DNA of 64,000 nucleotides from Deltaproteobacteria bacterium (GTDB lineage Bacteria; Desulfobacterota; Binatia; Binatales; Binataceae), in contig JAJYYI010000131.1 in assembly GCA_021801125.1 (NCBI GenBank), positions 10,874-74,873 on the forward strand. The letters run 5' to 3'. The translations under genes and the position numbers were made by a program. Positions 23,132 through 33,917 of the stretch are shown here, piece by piece. The notes beneath the pieces were generated by a model, which did not search any database, was not told the origin of the DNA, and saw nothing but the letters and a program-made list of their open reading frames with translations. Each line of letters starts with the position of its first letter. The first letter of the stretch is position 1.

Positions 23132-23557
23132 GTCGAGAGAGGCCCCCACTAAGGATACTTTACAAAAAGGAGTTTAGTTGGGCCGCCCAAGCCGGGCAAT
23201 CGGGAAACCTGCCGCCTGCAAGCCCACGGAAGTTCGGCGAAGGCGCCTTTCGCCTGGATAGCTCCCAAGCCGCTCACGAAACGGCTTTGCCGAGGGTAAG
23301 CTCTTCTAGGTATGATTCCCGGGTCACACTGGCTTCGGCAAGACCGGGGAAAACAGCGCGGGCCTATCACGTGCCCTCCGAACCCCACGGCCTTACAGGA
23401 CCGACAGCGAGGCAGCGGATAAGCCGTCCGCCGAGGAGAGTTACGGCGATGACCACTGAATGCCCGGGGCGGCTTCTACGCGCTTGGCGCCAGACACAAG
23501 GGCCGTTAACGAAGGCTTTGGCCTGGTCGCCGGCCCGTGACAAGGAGTCTGCATCAA

Positions 23558-24682
23558 ATGACCAACGAAGCAACGAACAGGAGGCTCTCGGGCCGGCAAA
23601 TCGGTCCTGACCCGATTAGGGCCGATATCAGCGCGGCCGATCTAATCGACAGCGCTTTCGCCGCCTATAACGGCCGCCGGCTCGGTGAGGCATGCCGCTT
23701 GTTCGCGGAGAAAATGCTCGACGAAGACACGGTCGTTGCGATGACCCTTACGGGCGCGCTCACTCCGGCGGGACTTGGGATGTCCTGTATGATACCCCTT
23801 GTGGAGCACGGGTTCGTCGATTGGATTATCTCGACCGGCGCCAACGTCTACCACGATATCCACTTCGCGCTCGGGCTCCCGATGCATCAGGGTTCGGCCC
23901 AAGCCGACGACACGAAGCTGCGCGAGGCCGGAATCGTACGTATCTACGACATCTTTTTCGCGTACGACGTGTTGCTGTCAACCGACGACTTTATCCGCAG
24001 GACGGCCGCGATGGACGAATTTCAGCACTCGATGAGTTCGGCTGAATTTCATTATTTGCTGGGTCGGCGGGTGGCCGAACGGCAGCGGGCGGCGGGCCTT
24101 CGCGGCCGGTCGCTTACGGCCGCGGCGTATGAGTTTGCGGTGCCGATTTACACATCGTCGCCCGGCGATTCGTCGATCGGCATGAACCTCGCGCTGCTCC
24201 ATCTTGAGGGCAGCAGGCTCAGACTTGATCCGTTGGCCGACGTGAACGAGACGGCGGCGCTGGTTTACTGGGCCAAAAAAATGGGCAAACGGAGCGCGGT
24301 TTTCATCGTAGGCGGCGGTTCCCCGAAAAATTTCGCGTTGCAGACCGAGCCTCAGATTCAAGAAGTGATGGGCATCAGCGAAAGCGGGCACGACTATTTC
24401 CTGCAGGTCACCGACGCGCGCCCCGACACCGGGGGCTTATCGGGAGCCACGCCCTCCGAGGCCGTAAGCTGGGGCAAGATCGATCCCGAGCGATTGCCGG
24501 ACTCGGTCGTCTGCTATGTAGACGCGACCGTAGCTCTGCCGCTGATTACCGCCTACGCGCTTTCACGTCGGCGCGCCCGCCCGCCACGCCGGCTTTACGA
24601 GCGGCGCGAGGAGGCAATGTCGCTGATTAAGCACGCTTACGAGCAGATGCGCGCCCGGGGCGACAAGGCGGACTCTCAGTGA
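23558..24682 (+). CDS. Deoxyhypusine synthase-like protein
   Basis: Strong match to the DHS C-terminus ([13 protein letters not shown]...[19 protein letters not shown]) and [17 protein letters not shown] lies 11 nt upstream of the ATG at 23558. Confidence 0.75.
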   Translation: MTNEATNRRLSGRQIGPDPIRADISAADLIDSAFAAYNGRRLGEACRLFAEKMLDEDTVVAMTLTGALTPAGLGMSCMIPLVEHGFVDWIISTGANVYHDIHFALGLPMHQGSAQADDTKLREAGIVRIYDIFFAYDVLLSTDDFIRRTAAMDEFQHSMSSAEFHYLLGRRVAERQRAAGLRGRSLTAAAYEFAVPIYTSSPGDSSIGMNLALLHLEGSRLRLDPLADVNETAALVYWAKKMGKRSAVFIVGGGSPKNFALQTEPQIQEVMGISESGHDYFLQVTDARPDTGGLSGATPSEAVSWGKIDPERLPDSVVCYVDATVALPLITAYALSRRRARPPRRLYERREEAMSLIKHAYEQMRARGDKADSQ

Positions 24683-25485
24683 GCACCTTGAGCGAGGAGT
24701 TGCGCGCCGCGCGGCAAGCGGCATTGGCCGGCGGCGCCGTGTTAAGCCGCTACTGGGAGCAACGCACGTTTACCGTGGCCTCCAAGGGCCGGGACAACCC
24801 GGTAACTTCGGCGGACCTTGAGGCCAACCACGCGATCGCCGCCGTGCTGCGCTCGGGGTTTCCGCAGTACGGATGGCTTTCCGAGGAGACAGCCGATAAT
24901 CGCGACCGGCTGGAACACGACCGCGTGTGGATCGTCGATCCGCTCGACGGAACCAAGGAGTTCATTCAGGGCGTGGCGGAATTCTGCGTCTCCATCGGGC
25001 TCGCCGACTGCGGCGTGCCCGTGCTCGGCGTGATCTACCATCCGGCGCGCGGCGAGCTTTATTGGGCGGCGCACGAAGAAGGCTGTTTTTTGGCCGAGCG
25101 GCGCGTCACAGTGACAAAAACCGCCAGCCTGCGCGAAGCCACTGTGCTGGCCAGCCGCAGCGAGACCAAGCGCGGCGAGTGGCTTAAGTACGGCGAGCAG
25201 CTTAAGTCGGTTCCGGTCGGCAGCGTGGCCTACAAACTGGCGAGGGTGGCCGCGGGATTTGCGGATGCCACTTTCACGTGCTGGCCAAAAAACGAGTGGG
25301 ACGTCGCCGCCGGCGCTGCTTTGGTCGAGGCCGCCGGCGGTCGTGTAACTACGCTGGACGGCCGCCCGCTGCGGTTCAATCGCAAAGACGTCAAGATTTC
25401 AGGCATGATTGCTTCGAACGGGTTGTTGCATGGGCAGTTGCGCGATCTAATCGCTCGCCACCGTCGGGCGGATGACCGTATCTGA
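24679..25485 (+). CDS. Inositol monophosphatase family protein (SuhB/CysQ-like)
   Basis: [12 protein letters not shown] metal-binding motif and [13 protein letters not shown] start overlapping the upstream stop (GTGA). Confidence 0.8.
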   Translation: MSTLSEELRAARQAALAGGAVLSRYWEQRTFTVASKGRDNPVTSADLEANHAIAAVLRSGFPQYGWLSEETADNRDRLEHDRVWIVDPLDGTKEFIQGVAEFCVSIGLADCGVPVLGVIYHPARGELYWAAHEEGCFLAERRVTVTKTASLREATVLASRSETKRGEWLKYGEQLKSVPVGSVAYKLARVAAGFADATFTCWPKNEWDVAAGAALVEAAGGRVTTLDGRPLRFNRKDVKISGMIASNGLLHGQLRDLIARHRRADDRI

Positions 25486-26036
25486 ATGGCTTGCCGGGTT
25501 TTCCTCATGAAGCAGGCGCCCCAAACGCGCAGGTGCCACGGAGCGTTCGGTTCGCACACGAATATGGAGAGCGCCGTTGATTGCGGTGCTATGCTCGCGC
25601 GCGCACCATTGGGATACCGCCAGAGAGTCGAGCAACATCCCGATGAGGCTGGCCCGAAGTTTGCGTTTACGCTTGGTTGCCCGACGAGGGCTTCTCAACA
25701 TATCGGCGGCACTAAGCGAACATTGCTGGAGCCGCGATTTTCGGACCGTTCTGGGGCTTCGGCGGTGCGGTGTTTAAATCGCAGGCAAGTGAAGCTTGTT
25801 TAATCAGCCTAAGTCAAATTAATTATTGGCCGGAAAACGTTCGTGCCCGACTGATAACCGGGGGACCGTGTTTGCGTTCGCCGCAAGCCAAAAAGGCCCG
25901 CAGTTCCCGTGATCGCTCGGCAACTGCTATATACGAGTTGAACGAGCCGGTTTGGAGTTGAGCCGCCGCTTTCGGGCGCGGTGCTGCCGTCAAGTCCGCT
26001 TGGCCGTAAACCACAGTAAGGAGGAGTCCGTATTAG

Positions 26037-27449
26037 ATGACCCCCAAGGACGTGCTCAAGATGATAAAGGAGAAGGGTGCCGTGATGGTCGATCTCAAGT
26101 TCATCGACCTTCTGGGCCAGTGGCAGCATTTCGCCGTGCCGATCAGCGAGTTTAGCGACGAGGAAGCCTTCGAGAGCGGCTTAGGATTCGACGGTTCGTC
26201 AATCCGCGGCTGGAAGTCGATCGAGGCGAGCGACATGTTGGTCATCCCTGACCCGTCGACCGCGGTGCTGGAGCCCTTCACTAAAGAGCCAACGCTAACG
26301 ATGATTTGCAGCGTCGAAGACCCGATCACTCGCAGCGATTACACGCGCGACCCGCGCAACGTGGCGCGCAAGGCTGAGGCTTACCTCAAGTCCACCGGTA
26401 TCGGCGACGTCGCCTACTTCGGTCCCGAGCCCGAGTTCTTCATCTTTAACGGAATTCGTTACGACACCAACGCTCATTCGAGCTACTACTACATCGAGTC
26501 GAGCGAGGGCGCGTGGAACACGGGCGCTGAGGGTCTGAATTTAGGCTACAAGCCGCGCTACAAGGAGGGCTACTTCCCGGTCGCGCCCAACGACAGCCTG
26601 CATGACGTGCGCACCGAGATGGTGCGCGTGATGGAGAGCGTCGGGATTCGCGTCGAGAAGCAGCATCATGAGGTCGCCACGGCCGGGCAGGCGGAAATCG
26701 ATATGCGATTCCAGTCGCTGCTCAAGATGGCGGACTGGCTGTGCTGGATGAAATATATCTGCCGCAATGTGGCTATACGGCACGGCATGACGGTGACCTT
26801 TATGCCCAAGCCGCTGTTCGGCGACAACGGCTCGGGTATGCATACTCATCAAAGCGTCTGGAAAGGCGACACTCCGCTGTTCGCCGGCTCCGGTTACGCG
26901 GGTTTCTCAGAACTCGGGTTACACTATATCGGCGGCATCCTCCATCATGCCCCGGCGTTGGCCGCTTTCACCAATCCGTGCACCAACTCCTACCGTCGCC
27001 TGGTGCCGGGCTTCGAGGCGCCGATCAATCTCGCGTACTCCAGCCGCAATCGCTCGGCCGCGGTGCGCATCCCGGTCTACTCTCCGTCGCCCAAGGCCAA
27101 GCGTATCGAGGTGCGCTTCCCGGATCCGACCTGCAACCCGTATCTGGCGTTCTCGGCGATGCTGATGGCTGGTCTTGACGGAATCCAGCGTCGTCTGGAC
27201 CCGGGGCAACCGCTCGACAAGGACATTTACGCCTTGAGCCCGAGCGAGTTGGCCGAGGTGCCAAGCATGCCCGCTTCCCTAGAGCAGGCACTGGAGAACC
27301 TCCAGCGCGACCATGAGTTCTTACTCAAAGGCGACGTCTTTACCGAAGATCTGATCGAGACCTGGATTAGCTACAAGATGTCGCGCGAGGTAAGCCCGAT
27401 GAGGCTGCGGCCCCATCCCTACGAATTCGGACTGTACTTCGACGCGTAA
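26037..27449 (+). CDS. glnA: Glutamine synthetase type I
   Basis: [16 protein letters not shown] and NPYLAF signatures, 470 aa. AAGGAGG RBS. About 550-nt upstream non-coding region. Confidence 0.95.
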   Translation: MTPKDVLKMIKEKGAVMVDLKFIDLLGQWQHFAVPISEFSDEEAFESGLGFDGSSIRGWKSIEASDMLVIPDPSTAVLEPFTKEPTLTMICSVEDPITRSDYTRDPRNVARKAEAYLKSTGIGDVAYFGPEPEFFIFNGIRYDTNAHSSYYYIESSEGAWNTGAEGLNLGYKPRYKEGYFPVAPNDSLHDVRTEMVRVMESVGIRVEKQHHEVATAGQAEIDMRFQSLLKMADWLCWMKYICRNVAIRHGMTVTFMPKPLFGDNGSGMHTHQSVWKGDTPLFAGSGYAGFSELGLHYIGGILHHAPALAAFTNPCTNSYRRLVPGFEAPINLAYSSRNRSAAVRIPVYSPSPKAKRIEVRFPDPTCNPYLAFSAMLMAGLDGIQRRLDPGQPLDKDIYALSPSELAEVPSMPASLEQALENLQRDHEFLLKGDVFTEDLIETWISYKMSREVSPMRLRPHPYEFGLYFDA

Positions 27450-27465
27450 CCCGTCTTGAGCACGC

Positions 27466-27512
27466 CCTGGGCCGGGGTCTTTCGGCTTCGGCCCGGGGCG
27501 CTGAGCCCGCCC
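27466..27512 (+). terminator. GC-rich hairpin downstream of glnA (terminator-like, no U-tract)
   Basis: GCCCTGGGCCG...CGGCCCGGGGC imperfect stem 17 nt after the glnA stop. Confidence 0.25.
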
Positions 27513-27648
27513 GCCGCCAGAGCGCGCCCAAGCCGCGCGCAACCGAACTCGCGTCGCTCGTCAAAACGAGAAGTTCCCTGAAACTGCTGCGTCTAGGGCT
27601 AAGGCGGGCCCGCGTCAGCAACGCGACGCAGGCGCTCGGCGAGCCTTC

Positions 27649-30246
27649 TCACGCGGCGGTCTCCCGCTTCGAGAGCGTTTCCAGCCGTTCGATCCGTTCC
27701 CGGAGCTTGCGGTTCTCCTCGCGCATCTGCTCCAAATCATCGCGCAAAAGGCGTGTTTCCTCCGAGCGGGAACGGCCGAGCCGCAGCGCGGCGATAGCCT
27801 CCTCGGCGCGCCGCCGGATTCGCCCGTCAAGCTCGCGTCGGCTCATCCGTTCAAGCGTGCCGATCGCGCGGCTATCGCCGAGTTCCTCCAAAGCCGCAGG
27901 CAAGCGCATCCGCACCATGAACTCGCGGTCGTCAACCATCGCGGTGAGAAAGTCGAGAATTTCCGTGCGGCGCGTCTCGGATTGGCTGCCCAGCTTGCCC
28001 AGCGCGCCGACCGCGGCCACGCGCGCGCGGGCGGGGCGGCCATAGGCGCAGTAGCTTTTGACGAGATCGATCGCTCGTTCGTCGCGCAGTTCGGCCAGTG
28101 CGCCGAGTGCGTGCGCTCGAATCACGTCCATGTACGAGTCGCGTTCGAGCACTCGCCCAAGCGTGTCCAGGGCGCGCTCGTCGCGGGTTTTGCCCAAGGC
28201 CAGGGCGGCTTCGGCCTCGACGAAGTAGCTTTGATCGCCCCGTTCGAGCAAAGCGATTAGCGCGCCGGCCGCCGCCTGGCGACCGCGAAAGCCCCCCAAA
28301 GCGGCGCAGACTGCTCGCCGCGCCTTGGGATGGGGCAGCGAGAGCGCTCGAATCAACGTTCCCAGGGCTGCTTCGGTGCGAATCTCGCCGAGCGCCCTGG
28401 CCGCCTCGGCTTGCACGCCCCAAAAGCGGTCGTCAAAGAGCGCCGCGCTCAACGCCTCAACTGCCCCCGGCGAACCCTCCTTGCCGAGTTCGCGAGCCGC
28501 GTTGGCCCGGGTAATCGCCGCGGGAGCATGCCGCAGCACCATTTCAAGCTCCTGGCGCGGACGTTTGTGATTTATCGCGGCGAGTATCTCGCATTCCGGG
28601 TCGAACATTACCGCTTTAGGCGCGCGCTCGACGAAGAAGTTTATCGCCTGCTCGGCGCGGCTGATCTCGACGCGATGGCGTTGCTCGCGGCCGTTCTCGT
28701 CCATCAGGGCGATCGTCGCCGGAAAACGAAATATCGGCGTGCGCTCGGAAGCGGTATGGGTCTGTTTGACCGTCACGGTCACAAGCTTGTGCTGGTCGTC
28801 GTAGGAGCTTGAGATGGTGAGTTCCGGATGCCCCTCCTTGTACACCCATTGGTCGAAAAAGAAGTCCAGGTTGCGTCCGGTCGTGTGCTCGATCGCCTGC
28901 TGCAGGTCCTGAGTTATCACGCTGCCGCCGTAATGGCGCGTGCAGTAGAGATTGAGCGACTTGAAGAAAAGCTCGTCGCCCAGCATCCGCCGCAGCATGT
29001 GCAGCACCAAGGCGCCCTTTTCGTAAAGATGACGGTCGAAAAGCTCGATCGGCGCCCGGTAGCGGTTGCACACGATTGGGCGGCGATAGCGCCCGCGAGC
29101 CTCTTCGAAGTACCGCTCGCGGTCCTGGCGCAGGTTAAAGGCGAATTCGTCCGCGCCGCGGTCCTCCTCGCACCATAGCGCCTCGAAGTACGTGGCGAAG
29201 CCCTCGTTGAGCCAGGCGTGAGACCAGTCGCGGCAGGTTAAGAGATCGCCCCACCATTGATGAGCAAGCTCGTGGGCAACGAGAGGGTCGCTGGTGAAGT
29301 CAAGATGAGCGCGGGCGTCATGGAGCGTATCGGCGGTCTGCGTGGTGGCGGATGTGTTCTCCATCCCACCGAAGATAAAATCGGCCACGGCGATCTGCGC
29401 GTACTTCGCGTAGGGGTAACGCACGCCGATTTTGCGCGCGAAGAATTCGATCATCCGCGGCGTGTTGCCGAACGCCCGCCGCGCGTCTTCCTCGCGTCCG
29501 GGCGCAACGTAGTAGAGGACCGGCAAATCGTCGAGCGCGTCCGCAATCTCAACGAACTCGCCGGCAACCAACGTGATCAAGTATGCCGAATGGGGAACGT
29601 CATGGCGCCAGTGATAGGTCTTGAGCCCGGCTGCGCGGTCTTCGCGAGTCTCAACCAAGGCCCCGTTGGAGAGCGCGAAGAATCCTGCGGGCACGGCGGC
29701 GAAGATCTCGCTCGTCGCCTTGTCGTTGGGGTAGTCGTAGCAGGGAAACCAGTAGCGGCTGTCTTCATCCTCACCCTGCGTCCAGGCCTGCGTCGGCTTA
29801 TTCGGGTAGGCTTCGTCCGGTCCGACGAAGTACAGCCCCCGCCGCGGGCGGGCACGGTACGCGATAGACACTTCGATCTCCGCGCCGGCCTTGAGTTCCT
29901 CGGAAAAGGGAACCAACAGCTTGCCGTCGGAGATTTGGAAGGGTGCGATTCGGCCGTCGACCTTCACCTCGCCGATATCGAGGTCGACCTGGTCAAACTC
30001 CATCTGACGCAAACCGCCGACGATCGGTGCCAGACGATGGACAGCCATGCCGGTGATTTCGCGCGCCTCGAAGTCGAGCTTGACCTCGAGCCTTATATGC
30101 TTGACGTCGGCGACCCGGTCGCGCGGCCACTGGGGCTCGACATGCGCGGGCTGAAACGGCTTCGCTTCGCTATTGCCTCGCGGGCCGAACGCCTCGACGT
30201 CACCGAGCATTTCAGCCATCCAATCGAGAAACTTTGGCTTGTGCAT
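27649..30246 (-). CDS. M1-family zinc aminopeptidase (aminopeptidase N-like) with C-terminal HEAT/PBS-lyase repeats and coiled-coil tail
   Basis: GGMEN exopeptidase motif plus HELAHQWWGD...x18...NEGFATYFE (HEXXH-E). C-terminal repeats AALALGKTRDERALDTL. Terminal heptad-like RKLRERIERLETL. Start taken at MHKPKFLDW (ATG at 30246). The 227-aa upstream extension in the ORF track is judged spurious. Confidence 0.8.
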   Translation of the reverse strand: MHKPKFLDWMAEMLGDVEAFGPRGNSEAKPFQPAHVEPQWPRDRVADVKHIRLEVKLDFEAREITGMAVHRLAPIVGGLRQMEFDQVDLDIGEVKVDGRIAPFQISDGKLLVPFSEELKAGAEIEVSIAYRARPRRGLYFVGPDEAYPNKPTQAWTQGEDEDSRYWFPCYDYPNDKATSEIFAAVPAGFFALSNGALVETREDRAAGLKTYHWRHDVPHSAYLITLVAGEFVEIADALDDLPVLYYVAPGREEDARRAFGNTPRMIEFFARKIGVRYPYAKYAQIAVADFIFGGMENTSATTQTADTLHDARAHLDFTSDPLVAHELAHQWWGDLLTCRDWSHAWLNEGFATYFEALWCEEDRGADEFAFNLRQDRERYFEEARGRYRRPIVCNRYRAPIELFDRHLYEKGALVLHMLRRMLGDELFFKSLNLYCTRHYGGSVITQDLQQAIEHTTGRNLDFFFDQWVYKEGHPELTISSSYDDQHKLVTVTVKQTHTASERTPIFRFPATIALMDENGREQRHRVEISRAEQAINFFVERAPKAVMFDPECEILAAINHKRPRQELEMVLRHAPAAITRANAARELGKEGSPGAVEALSAALFDDRFWGVQAEAARALGEIRTEAALGTLIRALSLPHPKARRAVCAALGGFRGRQAAAGALIALLERGDQSYFVEAEAALALGKTRDERALDTLGRVLERDSYMDVIRAHALGALAELRDERAIDLVKSYCAYGRPARARVAAVGALGKLGSQSETRRTEILDFLTAMVDDREFMVRMRLPAALEELGDSRAIGTLERMSRRELDGRIRRRAEEAIAALRLGRSRSEETRLLRDDLEQMREENRKLRERIERLETLSKRETAA

Positions 30247-30634
30247 ATTATGTGATGTTAGGTAAACCGCGCCGAGCGAAGCAATCAGGGTCGGCACCGG
30301 CCCTGATTGCGCCACGCGCGTTCGGTCGCGTCCGACGCAAGCCAACGACGCCGCAGGCTTTCGTCCCTCGGAAGGGGCGCAATTTGATCGGTAAACCATG
30401 GCCGCGGAGGCGTTGAATGACGGGCCTCGCCCTATATAATCGGGGACAGCCCTGTGGCGGCGGTGGAGTCCGCCCGAACCGTCGCTCCCTCCTTGCGAGC
30501 GACCAATGACTCCTGCGCTTTCACCCCGTGGGAGTTTTGATTTCATTTCTCCGAGGCGGCTCGGACGGCTACCAACGCAGCGTCGGTGCTCGAAGCTGCG
30601 CGGGTCGGGCTTATTTGGCTTGGGACGGTCGGCG

Positions 30635-31390
30635 ATGACGTCCGGCAAGCACACGGTCAGGGCTGTGCCCGGCAAATCTGAGGAGCACCGCAAAAACCCG
30701 GCCTGCGCCCTCGACCTCACTCCCGCCGAAGCGAAGTATTTCTGGTCGTGGTTCATTTTCGGCTCGCTCATGACAGTGGAGACGCGCCACCATCTGTGGC
30801 GTAGCTGGGGTTTTTGCCCGCGCCATAGCTGGGCGCATGCCGCGGTCGAATGCGAGATATGGGGCGGTCGCCCCTTCGGCACCGCGATCCTGTACGAAGA
30901 TTTAGTCGGCCGCGCGGCCGCAGCCACGAAAAGCCTGATGCTGCCTGGCGGGCTTAACCGCCGGCGCCTACGTTCTAGGGGGACCTGCCTGGTGTGCGAC
31001 TATGTTGCCGTCTCGCGCAATTTCGAAGACGAGGTCTACGTTGACCGATCGGCGCGTGTCAATCGTCGCTTGCGGATAAGCGCGCTCCTGCGTGAGGCAG
31101 AGCCGCAATGGCGGCCAAGTTCGTGTCCGCTATGTCTCAACGGGCACGGGATCGTCTGCCGCGCTCACATATTGTCGGGCGCGGCCAAGCCCGACCGGGA
31201 GCTGTCGGAGCGGCTGGCAGAGCTAAGTCGGCGGCTTGCGCTGTACGTGAGATCGATGACTTGGCAGGGTCCTAAAGTGAACGCCGAGACCAAGGCCTCG
31301 TGGGTCGAGGCCCTGGGATGGTTCGCCGGATGGGATTTTCCAGTGGCTGTTGTCGCCGCGACCGGACCCAGGCTCGCGCGCAGTGAATAA
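30635..31390 (+). CDS. Cys/His-rich hypothetical protein (predicted zinc-binding, family not recognised)
   Basis: 252 aa with CPRHSWAH, CLVCDY and CPLCLNGHGIVCRAH clusters and Trp-rich segments. Divergent from the aminopeptidase gene. Start chosen at the internal ATG at 30635. Confidence 0.45.
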   Translation: MTSGKHTVRAVPGKSEEHRKNPACALDLTPAEAKYFWSWFIFGSLMTVETRHHLWRSWGFCPRHSWAHAAVECEIWGGRPFGTAILYEDLVGRAAAATKSLMLPGGLNRRRLRSRGTCLVCDYVAVSRNFEDEVYVDRSARVNRRLRISALLREAEPQWRPSSCPLCLNGHGIVCRAHILSGAAKPDRELSERLAELSRRLALYVRSMTWQGPKVNAETKASWVEALGWFAGWDFPVAVVAATGPRLARSE

Positions 31391-31615
31391 AGCGACGAAG
31401 CTACCGAAGCGCTGCGGCTCAACCCTTCAGAGACGCCGGGCGCATCGGGGAGGCGATGAAGTTTAGTCTTTTCAGGACCTACCTGGAATATGGGAGTCAC
31501 CCGCGGCGTGAAGCCTGCGTTACCTTTCACGGAAAGCCGAAGGCGTCGCGGGTAACGCGATATTAGTGTTGGCGCGGCTTACCGCGAAGGCGCTTTGCGC
31601 GCCCCGCTTGAATAG

Positions 31616-31660
31616 GGCGACGTTGCGCGCCTGCGGGGCCGCAACGTCGCCTGGTTTTCT
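31616..31660 (+). terminator. Strong rho-independent terminator in the convergent gap between the Cys/His gene and aceA
   Basis: Perfect 12-bp stem GGCGACGTTGCG/CGCAACGTCGCC with a 12-nt loop, followed by TGGTTTTCT. An A-tract on the opposite strand makes it potentially bidirectional. Confidence 0.55.
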
Positions 31661-31662
31661 AG

Positions 31663-32970
31663 CTAGTCTTTGCCAGCCACGGCCCGCTGCGGGGTGAACT
31701 GCTTTTCCTCGGTCGAGCCGCTCAGCGCCTGCAACACGGAACCGGCGCCGTATACGGTCGTTGCCACCAGATCGAAATAACCGGCGCCAACCTCGCGCTG
31801 ATGGCGGGTCGCGGAATAGCCGAGTTTTTCGGCCGCGAATTCGGCGTTTTGAAGGTCCGCGTATGCCGCCATATGGCGCCGCCCATATTCGTGCGACAGG
31901 GTGAACATCGAATAGTTGAGGGTGTGGAAGCCGGCCAAGGTGACGAACTGGAACTTATAGCCGAGTTCTCCCAAATGCACCTGAAACTTCTCGATTTCGG
32001 CCTCCGACAGATGCTTCGACCAGTTGAACGACGGCGACAGGTTGTAGGCCAAGAGCTTGCCAGGGTACTTTTCGTGCACCGCGTTGGCAAACTTCTCGGC
32101 AAAGGCCACGTCGGGCGTGGAAGTCTCGCACCAGAGCATGTCGGCGTACGGCGCGTACGCCAGGGCGCGCGCAACCGCTTGTTTGAGACCCGCGCGGGTG
32201 CAATAGAAGCCCTCGGACGTGCGTTCGCCGGTCATGAAAACGCGGTCCCGCGGGTCGACGTCGGAGGTAAGCAGAGCGGCGGCTTCGGCGTCAGTGCGGG
32301 CGATGATAACCGTCGGTACCCCGAGAATGTCCGCCGCAAGTCGAGCGGCAACCAGGCGCGCTACCGCTTCCTGAGTCGGCACCAGCACCTTGCCGCCCAT
32401 GTGGCCGCATTTCTTCGCGGATGCCAACTGGTCTTCGAAATGGATACCCGCCGCGCCGGCCCGAATCATCGCCTTAGCCAACTCGAAGGCGTTGAGCACT
32501 CCACCGAACCCGGCTTCTGCGTCGGCCACGAGCGGAGCCATCCAGTCCACGGAGTCGTCGCCTTCGCAGTGGCTCAACTCGTCGGCGCGCAAAAGCGCAT
32601 TGTTGATTCGCTCGACGACCTTCGGGACGCTATCGGCCGGATAAAGCGACAGATCCGGGTACATCATCATAGCCTCGTTCGCATCGGCCGCAACCTGCCA
32701 GCCCGAGACGTAAATCGCCTTGAGACCCGCCTTGACCTGCTGCACAGCCTGGTTCCCGGTCATCGCGCCGAGCGCGCCGATGAAGGGCTCGCTGTGCAAC
32801 ATCCGCCAAAGTTTCTCAGCGCCGTTTCTGGCCAGCGAATGCTCGACACGTACCGTGCCGCGCAGCCGAACTACATCCTCGGCCAGATAGCCGCGCTGGA
32901 TGTTCGTCCAGCGCGGATTCTCGCTCCATTCTCGCTTCAGTTGTTCCGCTTCTGCGTGATTGTTACGCAT
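31663..32970 (-). CDS. aceA: Isocitrate lyase
   Basis: [12 protein letters not shown] signature, 435 aa. Confidence 0.95.
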   Translation of the reverse strand: MRNNHAEAEQLKREWSENPRWTNIQRGYLAEDVVRLRGTVRVEHSLARNGAEKLWRMLHSEPFIGALGAMTGNQAVQQVKAGLKAIYVSGWQVAADANEAMMMYPDLSLYPADSVPKVVERINNALLRADELSHCEGDDSVDWMAPLVADAEAGFGGVLNAFELAKAMIRAGAAGIHFEDQLASAKKCGHMGGKVLVPTQEAVARLVAARLAADILGVPTVIIARTDAEAAALLTSDVDPRDRVFMTGERTSEGFYCTRAGLKQAVARALAYAPYADMLWCETSTPDVAFAEKFANAVHEKYPGKLLAYNLSPSFNWSKHLSEAEIEKFQVHLGELGYKFQFVTLAGFHTLNYSMFTLSHEYGRRHMAAYADLQNAEFAAEKLGYSATRHQREVGAGYFDLVATTVYGAGSVLQALSGSTEEKQFTPQRAVAGKD

Positions 32971-33917
32971 ACGGTCTCCTTCTGCCGCAGTAATGACCTA
33001 ATAAATTGGGGCCAGCAGAACTCAAGAACTGCTGAACCCTTGCCCATAGGCTCACAAAAGTTGAAATGTTTCTGGTGAGCCCCGCCTAGCCACGCTCTGC
33101 CTTGCTTTGCTCCGCCCAATAACGTGTGCACGAAAATATTCACAATCAAGCTCGCGAGGCTTGCGGGGATGCCTCGTCGGCGTCAAATTCGTTCTGAGGA
33201 GCAGAGCGCAAGCTTCAAGCCCGAACCGCTAACAGCGCCTTGCGTGCAGCGTAGACCTAAAAGCTCAACAGGTGTCGTTCTCGGCTCGCGTCAGCTTCCT
33301 AACCGCGGGCAAAAATCGCACCCACGTCGCTTAAAGGCCTCGCCTACGTCGCACATAGACCCCCCACCAGCCTTAGGCGGCGTCGCGTATCGCCCTTCAA
33401 AGTGCAACGCGCGCAACTGGCAAGCGCCATCGGCCTCTGAAGGCCTAGCTTAGCAGCATTGAGATCCATCAGAGATGCAAAACTTACCGGCCACGGGGAC
33501 CACGCCATTTGCCAGCGAGACTAGCAAGGCCCTGAAAAGAGTAGAAGCCAAACGACGTTACAGCGTCACAACGCAAACTTAATCTAATTGCAACAAAAGC
33601 CTCAGTCAAGGGACAGTCTTTCGCCGCCTGGTCTAGGCGGTCGTCCCAATCTTGACGGGACAGCCATTGACAGCGCCATCGCCTGGCATGAAACGGACGC
33701 GAACGAGACTACGCGCAGGTAAGTCCTTCGTCGTTGGACCTGATTGATCTTGCCCGTCGAGCAGACGTTTTTGCACCGAAACTAGGTACTTTTTCCTGCT
33801 CGATTAGGCAGATATCCCAATTGGCCGCCCGTGGCTCTACGCATAAGTTTGCCTCTCAACAAGCGCGACATGACATGCACCTGGGCAACAGGGCCTGTGC
33901 TGAGGGAGGAGAGCCCG

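Noticed and set aside
30506-30634. Upstream portion of the Cys/His ORF
   Set aside because: No RBS. The first 43 residues are low-complexity, so the internal ATG at 30635 is preferred (still uncertain).
30247-30927. 227-aa N-terminal extension of the aminopeptidase ORF
   Set aside because: No similarity to M1 N-terminal domains. Conserved M1 sequence begins at MHKPKFLDW. The extension would overlap the divergent gene's upstream region.
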